Virus genome (UHGV): UHGV-0104572
Source of the DNA: a virus
Strand: one strand, 5' to 3'
Length of the DNA stretch: 11,433 nucleotides
Shown: piece by piece, positions 1-8,531 of the stretch
How the letters are laid out: every line of letters begins with the position of its first letter
How positions within the stretch are numbered: the stretch's first letter is position 1
Program-made: the position numbers and the translations under genes
Notes under the pieces: model-generated
What the model saw: the letters and a program-made list of their open reading frames with translations, nothing else
Told to the model about the DNA's origin: nothing
Database searches by the model: none

Positions 1-49
1 CTTCTATTGCCAAGCATATAAATTACACTAGCGCTATAAGAGTGTGTTT

Positions 50-2068
50 TTACATTACTGTAATAATAAAATCCAAATCAACATTGGCACCTGTATTATT
101 AAATGTCTTAACCGTAATTGAATAGTCTGAATCCCTTGAGAAACTTGAATATCTACCAGATCCTCCAAACAATGTAATATTTGGAACGAGTGTTGAAACG
201 TTAAATGTAAAATCTATCTTATATGTTCCTGATGACAGTCTAGATACATTTGATATGTTCTGAGCTAATGAATAAGCACCTGTAGATGAAATATTTGCTC
301 TTGCAGATACCAACCCTTGGCTATTTCTCTGAACTTTTTCCAATCCAGAATATGGTGATTTCATTGAATTTTGGTTGCCAAAGTCTGTAAAAACAAGATG
401 GCTAACACCAAAAGATGAAGGGACGACAAATTGCACTTCTTTAAATGCAGATTCAGCAGAAGCACCAGTGTTAAGAAAACCATTTCCCATCATATTCAAA
501 TAACATTGAACACCAGAACTGAGATCTGATTGATTTGACTGTACTATAACTCTAGATGCGCTAACGGAATCTAAATTATAGTTAAATATTGAATTATTTA
601 TGTTAATAATTTGATTTAAGTTTCTGTTTATGTAAAAACTCACATCAGAACCAGTATTTGATTCGAAATAGCAATTATCAATTGTTGCTGCGACACGACC
701 TGCACCACCAATCAACGCAAACTGTACGCACGAATTAAATGCAATTGGGGTCCCGTTGGAATATGATTTCCCTCCATTTGCTTCAAACGTACAAGTGTCA
801 ATTTTCCAAGCGTGTGCGTGTTGGTTTTCGATACAAAATTCAGCATTGTACTGAAAATCACAGCGTGAAAGTCTTATTGAGTTTGGTCCTGACACTTCAC
901 CAAGTCTTCCTTGTATTGCTGTTTTGTTATAAGTAAATCTACAATTGTTAAACTCAAGATATAATGAATCTTTCAGTTTACACCCAATCTCAAAGCCATC
1001 TATCAGAACATTCCTCATTGAAAGCCTGATGCATTTGTTTATATTTAATCCAAATCCTGACCAGTCAGATCTATTGGCACTTGAATCTACAGATCTGATA
1101 GTGAGGTTTTCTATGGGGAATGATGAAAATACTGAAAGAGAGCCATCAAGATAAATCCCGAAATTATTCTGCGAAGTTTCTGAAGCTAGTATATTTACTA
1201 TTGATAACTTTTCGTCAACACCTCTTATATAAGCTACTTTTCCACCTTCTCTCTGGTGTATTGGTATTGATACTGGTGATTTTAAATTTATAATATTGCC
1301 TGGTAAAACGACCCCAAGCCCAAGAACTCCGGCGGCTGAAATGGCCTTCCTTAGATTTGGTGATAAGTCCAAGTTATCATCAGGATTTCCATGCATACCA
1401 TACATTTCACCTGTGATTTCTTTGATGTCTCTTCTAACCCAACAACCGTTTGATGATGGATGTTCATCTCCAACTCCGTTTACATAGTCTGATACATATG
1501 CATCTCCAATATATGGAACTGATGGTGATATTATACACCCTCCGTCATGCTTCGACCTTATTATGCTGTCATTAAACTCAAAAATACCACCACCACCACT
1601 TCCATCTCGATACCATGACTTTAGTAAAACCTTATCTCCATTATTAGATTCCATTCCATAAAAATCAGATACAGCACCCAACTCACCAACTAAATTAAAA
1701 CCACCTTTACTAGATAATTCCTCTCTTAATTGATCAGGGTCATACTTCAGCACATTCGGAAAATAGAACTGCTTAGCACCATATGCATCATAAACAGCCA
1801 TAGAATGGCCTTGCACGGTAACGAATTTGGCAATCTGTCCGTTATATACCGGATATCCAGCAGCGTTAATGATGATTGGTTGCGAAACAGGAACGTGAGA
1901 TCCGTCTTCGTTCTCCACATAAACCTGAATCTGGTTTTCAGGATTTACCGGGTCAGTGTCAATTTTACCGATATAAATTTTGCCATTGGCTACAGCTTTA
2001 AAAGAACGAGCCATAGTGAAGAGTTGCGAAGGCATGCTCACTACAACATTAGCTGTAATGTCTGTCAT
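50..2068 (-). CDS. Tailspike protein: P22/HK620-type N-terminal head-binding domain, divergent C-terminal receptor-binding domain
   Basis: 672-aa ORF. The first ~115 aa ([11 protein letters not shown]...[11 protein letters not shown]...NVLKYDPDQ) match the conserved P22 gp9 / HK620 tailspike head-binding domain as I recall it. The rest is G/N/S-rich with NxS/T repeats, typical of a beta-helix, but does not match the P22 or HK620 receptor domains I remember. GGAG lies 8 nt upstream of the ATG at 2068. Confidence 0.85.
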   Translation of the reverse strand: MTDITANVVVSMPSQLFTMARSFKAVANGKIYIGKIDTDPVNPENQIQVYVENEDGSHVPVSQPIIINAAGYPVYNGQIAKFVTVQGHSMAVYDAYGAKQFYFPNVLKYDPDQLREELSSKGGFNLVGELGAVSDFYGMESNNGDKVLLKSWYRDGSGGGGIFEFNDSIIRSKHDGGCIISPSVPYIGDAYVSDYVNGVGDEHPSSNGCWVRRDIKEITGEMYGMHGNPDDNLDLSPNLRKAISAAGVLGLGVVLPGNIINLKSPVSIPIHQREGGKVAYIRGVDEKLSIVNILASETSQNNFGIYLDGSLSVFSSFPIENLTIRSVDSSANRSDWSGFGLNINKCIRLSMRNVLIDGFEIGCKLKDSLYLEFNNCRFTYNKTAIQGRLGEVSGPNSIRLSRCDFQYNAEFCIENQHAHAWKIDTCTFEANGGKSYSNGTPIAFNSCVQFALIGGAGRVAATIDNCYFESNTGSDVSFYINRNLNQIININNSIFNYNLDSVSASRVIVQSNQSDLSSGVQCYLNMMGNGFLNTGASAESAFKEVQFVVPSSFGVSHLVFTDFGNQNSMKSPYSGLEKVQRNSQGLVSARANISSTGAYSLAQNISNVSRLSSGTYKIDFTFNVSTLVPNITLFGGSGRYSSFSRDSDYSITVKTFNNTGANVDLDFIITVM

Positions 2069-2126
2069 TTAATTTGCTCCAGATACAAGGAATCGCCGCA
2101 GCATGGCTACGGTGAATTTTGGGCAT

Positions 2127-2150
2127 AAAAAAACCCAGCCGAAGCTGGGT
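2127..2150 (-). terminator. Rho-independent terminator between ant and tailspike
   Basis: Plus strand has an A-run (2127-2133) followed by cccagc-cgaa-gctggg (2134-2149). On the minus-strand RNA this is a GC-rich hairpin followed by a 7-U run, 19 nt after the ant stop. Confidence 0.6.
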
Positions 2151-2168
2151 CGTTGCGTTGGTTATCTG

Positions 2169-3092
2169 TCAGTAGTTATGTACTGAAGGAGGTAATTCTT
2201 TATTCTTAAGTCTCATCCATGCGGAAAGATTCGTTGGTCCGTCTGGCTCATTAATATCAACATCTCGTGTGTGGTTTATTAAAACGTCTCTCGCCATTCC
2301 GATAACATACGAGAACTTATGACCGTAGTCGTAGCATCTGCCGGAATAGTTCGATTGAATTTGTTTTAGCGCCGGATACAGTTCGCGGAATAATGCCTGC
2401 GAACGGTTGGCATAATCCCATAACCATACAAGGCTGTTTGCTTCTTTTGCAGAAAGCTCGTTGGTTTTCTTCTCTTGTTTGCCAATGAACTCACCTTCAA
2501 GTGGAACTCGAGCTGCAAGTGATAGTGCTTCGGTAAACTGCTCCTCACTGATTTCTTTGTACGAACATCCAAAATGGGATTTTAGTGACGACCACATGGT
2601 GATCATCGCCTTAGCCTGTTTTTCTTTTGGCAGAGACTGACCGCGACTCATGACGAGTTGTTTAATGGCTTCCTGCTGTTCAGTGGTGATTTTACCCGGC
2701 AACGCTTTTTTAGCTTTGCGTGGGTTAACTACATGGCCTTTAGTCCAGTACTCGTATAGCACATCGTCACACTCTTCTTGATACTGGATTACATTGTCGC
2801 GGATTTCAGGGCGGACTTTGTTAGGGCTGATGGTTTGCAACCAGCCATTCAGTTTACGTAAAGCAAGGCAAATCATGGTCTGCACACCGCCAACTGAAGG
2901 TATTGCGATTTCCACAATTCCTTTAGCAAATCTTTGTTTTAACTTTGTAAACTGTGAAGCCCAATCCATACCCATTCCCTCAACGATAGGTTTCATTGGG
3001 GTGTACGGCTCACCGTTGTGATTGACAACATAAAGCTCTGCGCCGTGGAATGGTACATTGATAGTAGATACTGCTGTTGCTATACTTTTCAT
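2169..3092 (-). CDS. ant: Antirepressor Ant (P22 immI-type)
   Basis: 307-aa ORF directly downstream of arc on the same strand, the same order as P22 arc-ant-gene 9. The N-terminus (SIA..A..T..VPF.G.E...) resembles what I recall of P22 Ant and AntA-type antirepressor domains. AGGAA lies 8 nt before the ATG. Confidence 0.7.
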   Translation of the reverse strand: MKSIATAVSTINVPFHGAELYVVNHNGEPYTPMKPIVEGMGMDWASQFTKLKQRFAKGIVEIAIPSVGGVQTMICLALRKLNGWLQTISPNKVRPEIRDNVIQYQEECDDVLYEYWTKGHVVNPRKAKKALPGKITTEQQEAIKQLVMSRGQSLPKEKQAKAMITMWSSLKSHFGCSYKEISEEQFTEALSLAARVPLEGEFIGKQEKKTNELSAKEANSLVWLWDYANRSQALFRELYPALKQIQSNYSGRCYDYGHKFSYVIGMARDVLINHTRDVDINEPDGPTNLSAWMRLKNKELPPSVHNY

Positions 3093-3161
3093 GTCGTTAA
3101 TTCCTATGCGTGGTTTTACGATATCGAAGCCCTGACTGTTCCCGCAGTTGGGGCTTCAACT

Positions 3162-3323
3162 TTACGCGCCAATGCGTCCTTCCTTCTTAAAACTTTCCAT
3201 TACTCTCTGATAAATCTCAGAGTTAACAGACCGACCATTCTCTTCCGCCACCTTGCGTACCAAATCCAATACTTCTTTAGGCCACCGCAAATTGAACTGC
3301 GGCATTTTGCTCATTCCTTTCAT
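3162..3323 (-). CDS. arc: Arc repressor (ribbon-helix-helix)
   Basis: Translation from the internal Met gives MKGMSKMPQFNLRWPKEVLDLVRKVAEENGRSVNSEIYQRVMESFKKEGRIGA, 53 aa, essentially identical to P22 Arc with one K/R difference by my recall. The longer 74-aa ORF in the track is an upstream extension running through the operator region. Confidence 0.9.
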   Translation of the reverse strand: MKGMSKMPQFNLRWPKEVLDLVRKVAEENGRSVNSEIYQRVMESFKKEGRIGA

Positions 3324-3339
3324 ATTCACCTCACAATAT

Positions 3340-3356
3340 GGGTCCACGGTGGACCT
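3340..3356. promoter_or_regulatory. Omnt operator (Mnt binding site)
   Basis: Palindrome gGGTCCACGGTGGACCt, matching the 17-bp P22 mnt operator AGGTCCACGGTGGACCT except at the first base. It sits at the predicted Pant start site. Confidence 0.8.
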
Positions 3357-3390
3357 GTTGAGAATGTAGTAGAGTGCTTCTATCATGTCA
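3357..3390. promoter_or_regulatory. Divergent Pant / Pmnt promoter region
   Basis: Minus strand (Pant): -35 TTGACA (plus 3385-3390), 17-bp spacer, -10 TACATT (plus 3362-3367), start site inside Omnt. Plus strand (Pmnt candidate): -35 TTGAGA (3357-3362) and -10 TATCAT (3381-3386), 18-bp spacer. Pmnt placement is less certain. Confidence 0.65.
3366..3386. promoter_or_regulatory. Oarc operator (Arc binding site)
   Basis: Reverse complement reads ATGATAGAAGCACTCTACTAc, matching the P22 arc operator ATGATAGAAGCACTCTACTAT with one end mismatch. It lies between the -35 and -10 of Pant. Confidence 0.75.
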
Positions 3391-3413
3391 ATACACTAAC
3401 TTGGAGTGATGGC

Positions 3414-3668
3414 ATGGCTAGAGATGATCCGCACTTTAACTTCCGCATGCCTTTGGAAGTAAGAGAAAAATTAAAATACAGAGCAGAGTCAAATGGTAGA
3501 TCAATGAACTCAGAATTGTTGCAAATCGTCCAAGATGCTCTATCGAGACCATCTCCTGTAAAAGGTTATCGCAATGAAGCTGAACGATTAGCCGAGATGC
3601 AGGCTGAACAGTTCAAGTCTGTGGTATTTGAGACACTTAAAAACATGTATGGCAAGGATGCAAAATGA
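3414..3668 (+). CDS. mnt: Mnt repressor (maintenance of lysogeny; represses Pant)
   Basis: MARDDPHFNFRMPLEVREKLKYRAESNGRSMNSELLQIVQDALS..., 84 aa, closely matches P22 Mnt as recalled. GGAG lies 7 nt upstream of the ATG. The 216-aa ORF in the track is an unsupported N-terminal extension. Confidence 0.9.
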   Translation: MARDDPHFNFRMPLEVREKLKYRAESNGRSMNSELLQIVQDALSRPSPVKGYRNEAERLAEMQAEQFKSVVFETLKNMYGKDAK

Positions 3669-4246
3669 TCGATTACAACCCAGCAAAAAAAGAAATCATC
3701 GCAGCTAAAAAGTGCCTAGAGCAGATGAAATCATCTACAAACCATGATGATTTTGAAATGCACTGGCGAGAATGTCTTGGGCATATAGAAAAGTCTTTCA
3801 GTAAGTTGCTCTGTGCAACAAAGCCGGTTAGTGGAAAATTTAGCAGCCACTTCAACCAAAAGTTCATGCTTAGAAAAACAGACAAAACACTTGCTTACCT
3901 TCACCAAGCAAGAAATGCTGATCATCATTCCACTATGGAAATCTCAAAACTTGAACCTCCTTATACTACTCTTGGGGCATTTCCGGGAGCAAGAAGCCAT
4001 TATATTAAAGAGTTAATCATTGATTCAACAGGGAAAATAGCAAAATACGAAGGCGACCCTATGATAGTTGAGTTTCATCCAGCAACAACTATGCCTATAA
4101 CCGTAAGAAACCAAGGCAAAGATTATCCACCTCCAACAGAACATCTTGGCGAAAAGCTTGTTGATATACATCCATCTGTTCTTGCCTATCTCGGTATACA
4201 ATTTTATGAAAAATGGATAGATGAGTCGTGTGCAACGTTTAGATAG
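3665..4246 (+). CDS. Hypothetical protein (193 aa), translationally coupled to mnt
   Basis: The ATG overlaps the mnt stop (ATGA). It is a long clean ORF with no transmembrane segment and no motif I recognise. It occupies the mnt-to-sieA interval of a P22-like immI region. Confidence 0.6.
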   Translation: MIDYNPAKKEIIAAKKCLEQMKSSTNHDDFEMHWRECLGHIEKSFSKLLCATKPVSGKFSSHFNQKFMLRKTDKTLAYLHQARNADHHSTMEISKLEPPYTTLGAFPGARSHYIKELIIDSTGKIAKYEGDPMIVEFHPATTMPITVRNQGKDYPPPTEHLGEKLVDIHPSVLAYLGIQFYEKWIDESCATFR

Positions 4247-4463
4247 TTATTTTTGATAATTTCAAGTATTTCCTCTTGACTTTGATTTACCCAAACGTGA
4301 TCACACTCATGAAACCAGATTATGCTTCCTGTTTCGCCTTGTGCAATATAGGTGATCATGTTTTCATTAACAATTATTACTGAGTTATCATGTGCGCAAT
4401 TTAGTTTTATCAATTCGCATATCCTATCGTGACAAAGTAACTAGAAAAACTAAAGAGGTTGGT

Positions 4464-4958
4464 GTGTCTGATTCTATGAGTTACGCTGTGCTAGTTGCCG
4501 CAACTCTATTTATGGGGATAGGGTTGCAGATTGCGTGGTTCTTTTTTTCTAGTTTTATTAAACGCAAAAGAATTGAATCAAGGATATCTGAGATTTCTAT
4601 TGCTATAGGGAAAAATGCTGAAAATCCAGAGAATGAGGCCTGCGCACTGAATTACCTTAAAGAAAAGTTTTCCCCTGAAAAATTTGAAAATAGAATTACT
4701 GATGCTCTTGGATTGGTAATATCAGTAATTCATATGCCACTAAGTTTGCTGATAACAGTGTGGTACTTCGCCATGATCGCCGGAAGAATATTTGGTTTCA
4801 TGAATATAGAGCCTGTAGTTCTTTGGGTTCCAATGATACTGCAACTGTTGTTAAGCGTTGCTATCTTTATTTTTTCTGTTTTTATAAAAATTGTCTTTGG
4901 AAGATACCCCGGAGAAGCTAAGGGATTTAATAAAGAATTCATAAAAACTATAAAATAA
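4464..4958 (+). CDS. Inner-membrane protein, SieA-like superinfection exclusion candidate (by position)
   Basis: Four hydrophobic helices ([21 protein letters not shown]; [21 protein letters not shown]; two more near the C-terminus). Start is either GTG 4464 (GAGG 5 nt upstream) or ATG 4476. Synteny mnt > orf > membrane protein, convergent with the gp16-like gene, matches the P22 sieA position. I cannot recall the SieA sequence to confirm. Confidence 0.55.
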   Translation: MSDSMSYAVLVAATLFMGIGLQIAWFFFSSFIKRKRIESRISEISIAIGKNAENPENEACALNYLKEKFSPEKFENRITDALGLVISVIHMPLSLLITVWYFAMIAGRIFGFMNIEPVVLWVPMILQLLLSVAIFIFSVFIKIVFGRYPGEAKGFNKEFIKTIK

Positions 4959-4980
4959 ATGCCGTCCTTGGCTTACAGTG

Positions 4981-6198
4981 CTACTGCCGGGTCGCTTCGT
5001 TAGCTAAGAGCGGGCGCACGGCAGTAGCAGCCTGATTTAGCGCTCTTTCATAAGCTGGCGTTCCAGCTTTAGTGTTTGCCAGACGTAAGAGCGCATTCCT
5101 TGCTGCTTTGGACTCATACAAACGCATCATTGCACCAAAACCAGCCTCAAGCCCCATTGATACTCCAAGAGTCGCAGTTGCGCCAATCGTCCTTATCCTG
5201 TTGGCTTGTGATTGCCCCGTCTGAGTTACTACATTTGCGGTGTCTGACCTTGCTGTTTGCTGTAGAACTTCATGAAGAGCATCGAGCTCTTTCATGTGCT
5301 TTCCAGAAAAAATAGTGTTGTAAATTTCACCGCCTGACTGAGATTTAAGCTTATTAACTTCAGTGATGAACTTGGCTGGAGAGTCACCGGCCTTTTCCGC
5401 TATTTTGCTGACGTAAGCTGCACGCATAGCATCTTTCCCTTTATCATCCAATGCGCTCCAGATTCGTTTCACGTCAGATGGTTTTCTGCTTAATACAACG
5501 GTATTTATAAGTTCAGGACTGGCTTCACTGCTTGCCTTGTTGAGCTTGTTAGCAATGTTTTTATTAAGCACCTTATTATAAACGTTTGCATAATCTGAAT
5601 TTGCTTTAAGGTATTTTGCTGCGTCTGATGCACCGAGGTTTTTAGCAACTGCGTTACGAAGGTCTTTTGACATTGCATTCTCTACCATATTGGTAGCTGC
5701 TTTTGCCTGGTTGGGGAAGACCATAGCATCTCCCTGAACATTAGATCTAAATGCTGTTCTGTGCTGACGCAAGAGATCAAACGTAACATCCAAATCAGTT
5801 GCAGGGTTTGCTAATTCTTCGCGTAGGTTACGCAAGGATGTAAGCAGGCTTTGATTGGCAGACGTCCCAAGCCGTTCCTGTCTTGCGATCGCTGTATTCA
5901 GAGCATTCATAGTGTTTGTGGTATCAACTGCGGCATTCCCCATTTTATTGGTGACGTCATTGATAACAGCGCCAGCGGCATCCTTCCGTCCCCTTAACGT
6001 GGTGGTCAGAGATTTCACCACATCATCCGGGTTGTACTCACCAAAACGGTCAAAATAATTACTTACCAACTTACTACGCGTTGCATATTGCTCCGCTCGC
6101 TTTGAGCCTGTCCCGAGCAAAGCCCCCTCGGCATTCGGGATGGCTGCATTTTGCGGTAAGCACGAACTCAGCCAGAACGACAAACAAAAGGCTATCAA
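4981..6198 (-). pseudogene. DNA ejection protein gp16-like, N-terminally truncated remnant
   Basis: 405-aa Ala/Asn/Lys-rich ORF on the same strand as the tailspike, immediately distal to the sieA-like gene, which is the position of gene 16 in P22. The first ~20 codons are antisense to the Q fragment, so the homologous part probably starts near 6130. Identification is by synteny and composition only. Confidence 0.4.
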
Positions 6199-6475
6199 CT
6201 ATCTGATGCAATTTGCACACAAGGTATCGGGGAAATACCGTGGTGTGGCAAAGCTCGAAGGAAATACTAAGGCAAAGGTACTGCAAGTGCTCGCAATATT
6301 CGCTTATGAGGATTATTGCCGTAGTGCCGCGACGCCGGGTGCAAGATGCAGAGATTGCCACGGTACAGGCCGTGCGGTTGATATAGCCAAAACGGAGCAG
6401 TGGGGGAGAGTTGTTGAGAAAGAGTGCGGAAGATGCAAAGGTGTCGGCTATTCAAGAATGCCAGCAATCAGCTAA
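6131..6475 (+). pseudogene. Q: Antiterminator Q (lambda-type), internal fragment
   Basis: [51 protein letters not shown]...CRDCHGTGRAVDIAKTEQWGRVVEKECGRCKGVGYSRMPA matches the central part of lambda Q as recalled. The N-terminal ~50 aa and the C-terminal part are missing, and the strand is inverted relative to what a collinear prophage would have. Confidence 0.8.
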
Positions 6476-6477
6476 CT

Positions 6478-6638
6478 TAACGACGCCCATGTTTCACTCC
6501 TACTTTGGCTAGTCTGTAAACACCAACAAGGCGCTCTGCGAACGCCCTGTTATTTGCTGCGGCTACCACTAATCCCTCAGGTGAATCAGGGTGTCGAATC
6601 TCTTCTTTTTCCTGGTATTTCTTACGACGTTTTGTCAT
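6478..6638 (-). CDS. Short ORF (53 aa) downstream of cII, probably the 5' remnant of a deleted gene
   Basis: AGGAG lies 5 nt before the ATG at 6638 (MTKRRKKYQEKEEIRHPDSPEGLVVAAANNRAFAERLVGVYRLAKVGVKHGRR). Its stop coincides with the end of Q homology, suggesting truncation at a junction. It is absent from the ORF track because it is under 60 aa. Confidence 0.3.
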
Positions 6639-6670
6639 AATTACTCCTGTAGATTGATCCAGTAATGACC

Positions 6671-6967
6671 TCAGAATTGCATATCAATTTGCTTAAAATC
6701 CTCGGTGGCGGCCGGGGATTTTTTCTTTGTGATTCCATCCAATGCATACTTAAAAGCCCTGCTAATCGGACTGATGTCTGATGCCATTCCGAAAGCACAC
6801 AAGACCGAAGCAATAAACCTCCAGTCCGTTCTGCTTATCTTCGATTCATGACAGCCAATCATCTTTGCCAGACCGCGCTGGGTAAGCGTTGACAGGTTGA
6901 TGAGTAAATCAGTTTCAGCGCGATCAATTTCTCGCTGTGTTGGCTTGCTATAACTTGCTTGTGTCAT
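6671..6967 (-). CDS. cII: CII-like transcriptional activator
   Basis: 98 aa. The helix-turn-helix segment LAKMIGCHESKISR parallels lambda CII AEAVGVDKSQISR, and the C-terminus KKKSPAATEDFKQIDMQF parallels KKRPAATERSEQIQMEF. It sits downstream of cro on the same strand. Confidence 0.8.
   Translation of the reverse strand: MTQASYSKPTQREIDRAETDLLINLSTLTQRGLAKMIGCHESKISRTDWRFIASVLCAFGMASDISPISRAFKYALDGITKKKSPAATEDFKQIDMQF
6945..6958 (+). promoter_or_regulatory. CII-binding direct repeat TTGC-N6-TTGC (PRE -35 region)
   Basis: TTGCtataacTTGC overlaps the 5' end of cII and points toward cro and cI on the plus strand, as PRE does in lambda. Confidence 0.55.
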
Positions 6968-7051
6968 TTGTTAATTTTCCAATAGTGAATAGTTAGTTGA
7001 AAGGTATGCGTGGAAACGCATATGGCCTTAGTTGGTCAGATATCTTGGGGC

Positions 7052-7097
7052 TCGCTTTGTCAGCGACGTAGGACGAATGTCCATTGTGAAAAGAGCG
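7052..7097 (-). promoter_or_regulatory. nutR: boxA-like CGCTCTTTT plus boxB hairpin with GACAA loop
   Basis: Minus strand has CGCTCTTTT (plus 7089-7097; consensus boxA is CGCTCTTTA) and UCGCU-GACAA-AGCGA (plus 7052-7066), between cro and cII. The loop is the P22-type GACAA rather than the lambda GAAAA. Confidence 0.6.
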
Positions 7098-7104
7098 GTG
7101 TTAC

Positions 7105-7305
7105 TTATGCAGTTGTTTTTTTGTTACTTGGGAAGGGCTTTATTTCTTCCGCATAAACGCTTCCATCAGCGTTTATAGTTAAAAAAATCTTTCGGCCTGC
7201 ATGAATGGCCTTGTTAATCGCGCTTTGATATACGCCGAGATCTTTAGCCGTCTTGGTTTGCCCAAAGCGTATTGCATAATCTTTCAGGGTTATGCGTTGT
7301 TCCAT
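7105..7305 (-). CDS. cro: Cro repressor
   Basis: [66 protein letters not shown], 66 aa, is lambda Cro with about two conservative substitutions. TAAGGAGG precedes the start. Confidence 0.95.
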   Translation of the reverse strand: MEQRITLKDYAIRFGQTKTAKDLGVYQSAINKAIHAGRKIFLTINADGSVYAEEIKPFPSNKKTTA

Positions 7306-7329
7306 ACAACCTCCTTAGTACAGGCAACC

Positions 7330-7399
7330 ATTATCACCGCTAGAGGTAAAATAGTCAACACGCACGGTGTTAGAAGTTTATCCCTTGCGGTGATAGATT
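7330..7399. promoter_or_regulatory. OR1-OR2-OR3 operators with divergent PR and PRM promoters
   Basis: OR1 7332-7348 is TACCTCTaGCGGTGATA on the minus strand, one G>A change from lambda. OR2 7356-7372 and OR3 7379-7395 match lambda exactly. PR on the minus strand: -10 GATAAT (plus 7330-7335), -35 TTGACT (plus 7353-7358). PRM on the plus strand: -10 TAGATT (7394-7399); the cI ATG is at the expected leaderless start. Confidence 0.9.
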
Positions 7400-7402
7400 T
7401 AA

Positions 7403-8119
<717 letters not shown>

Positions 8120-8150
8120 TTGTTTTATTTTTCACGTAATAGGATGATTT

Positions 8151-8492
8151 ATGACACAATTTCAACTTGCATTAATCGCTAGAGAAGTTGATGGAGAAGT
8201 CATCCATCTTCGCACCAAAGACGGATACATCAATGCCACCGCGATGTGCAAGTCTGCGGGGAAGCTACTTGCTGACTATACACGACTAAAAACAACACAA
8301 GATTTTTTTGATGAATTATCACGCGATATGGGGATTCCCATATCGGAGTTAATTCAATCATTTAAAGGCGGAAGAGCAGAGAATCAAGGGACTTGGGTTC
8401 ATCCAGACATCGCAATTAATTTAGCTCAGTGGCTATCTCCAAAATTTGCAGTGCAAGTATCGAGATGGGTGCGTGAGTGGATGTCAGGTTAA
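8151..8492 (+). CDS. KilA-N domain protein in the rexAB slot
   Basis: 113 aa; AGGA lies 6 nt before the ATG. The segment GYINATAMCKSAGK...GTWVHPDIAINLAQWLSPKFAVQVSRWV matches my recollection of the KilA-N signature (GT[WY]VHP..A...A.W.SP.F...V). It starts 31 nt after the cI stop, where lambda carries rexA. Confidence 0.65.
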   Translation: MTQFQLALIAREVDGEVIHLRTKDGYINATAMCKSAGKLLADYTRLKTTQDFFDELSRDMGIPISELIQSFKGGRAENQGTWVHPDIAINLAQWLSPKFAVQVSRWVREWMSG

Positions 8493-8531
8493 AGAGCGCC
8501 TGCCGAACTCCCTATCCACCTTAAGCGGTAT

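Noticed and set aside
739-2128. Plus-strand ORFs 739-936, 945-1154, 1296-1487 and 1730-2128 inside or overlapping the tailspike gene
   Set aside because: They are antisense to a long, well-supported tailspike ORF, have no RBS and show low-complexity translations, so they are most likely frame artefacts.
2366-3021. ORFs 2366-2572 (-) and 2794-3021 (+) within ant
   Set aside because: They are nested in alternative frames or antisense to ant, with no independent signals.
3018-3413. N-terminal extension of the mnt ORF (216-aa version) and the 74-aa extended arc ORF
   Set aside because: The extensions run through the Omnt/Oarc operator and promoter region and through ant and arc coding sequence. 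The homology-supported starts are ATG 3414 for mnt and ATG 3323 for arc, each with its own RBS.
3673-4016. ORFs 3673-3885 (-), 3731-3928 (-) and 3813-4016 (+) within orf193
   Set aside because: They overlap the longer orf193, which is translationally coupled to mnt. They are hydrophobic or low-complexity and lack RBSs.
4980-5028. Perfect 10-bp inverted repeat (gctactgccg / cggcagtagc) at the convergent gene ends
   Set aside because: The arms are 29 nt apart and no U-tract follows on either strand. Most of it lies inside the gp16-like coding sequence. It may be a weak bidirectional stop signal but is not a supportable terminator.
5076-6058. Plus-strand ORFs 5076-5315 and 5855-6058 inside the gp16-like gene
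   Set aside because: They are antisense to a long ORF and have no start signals.
6074-6813. Minus-strand ORFs 6074-6361 and 6267-6467 (antisense to the Q fragment) and 6622-6813
   Set aside because: The first two are antisense to sequence with clear Q homology. The third overlaps the cII-like gene in another frame.
6994-7016. Palindrome atgcgtggaaacgcat between nutR and cII as a possible tR1 terminator
   Set aside because: There is no U-run after the hairpin on the minus strand. Lambda tR1 is Rho-dependent and cannot be called from sequence alone.
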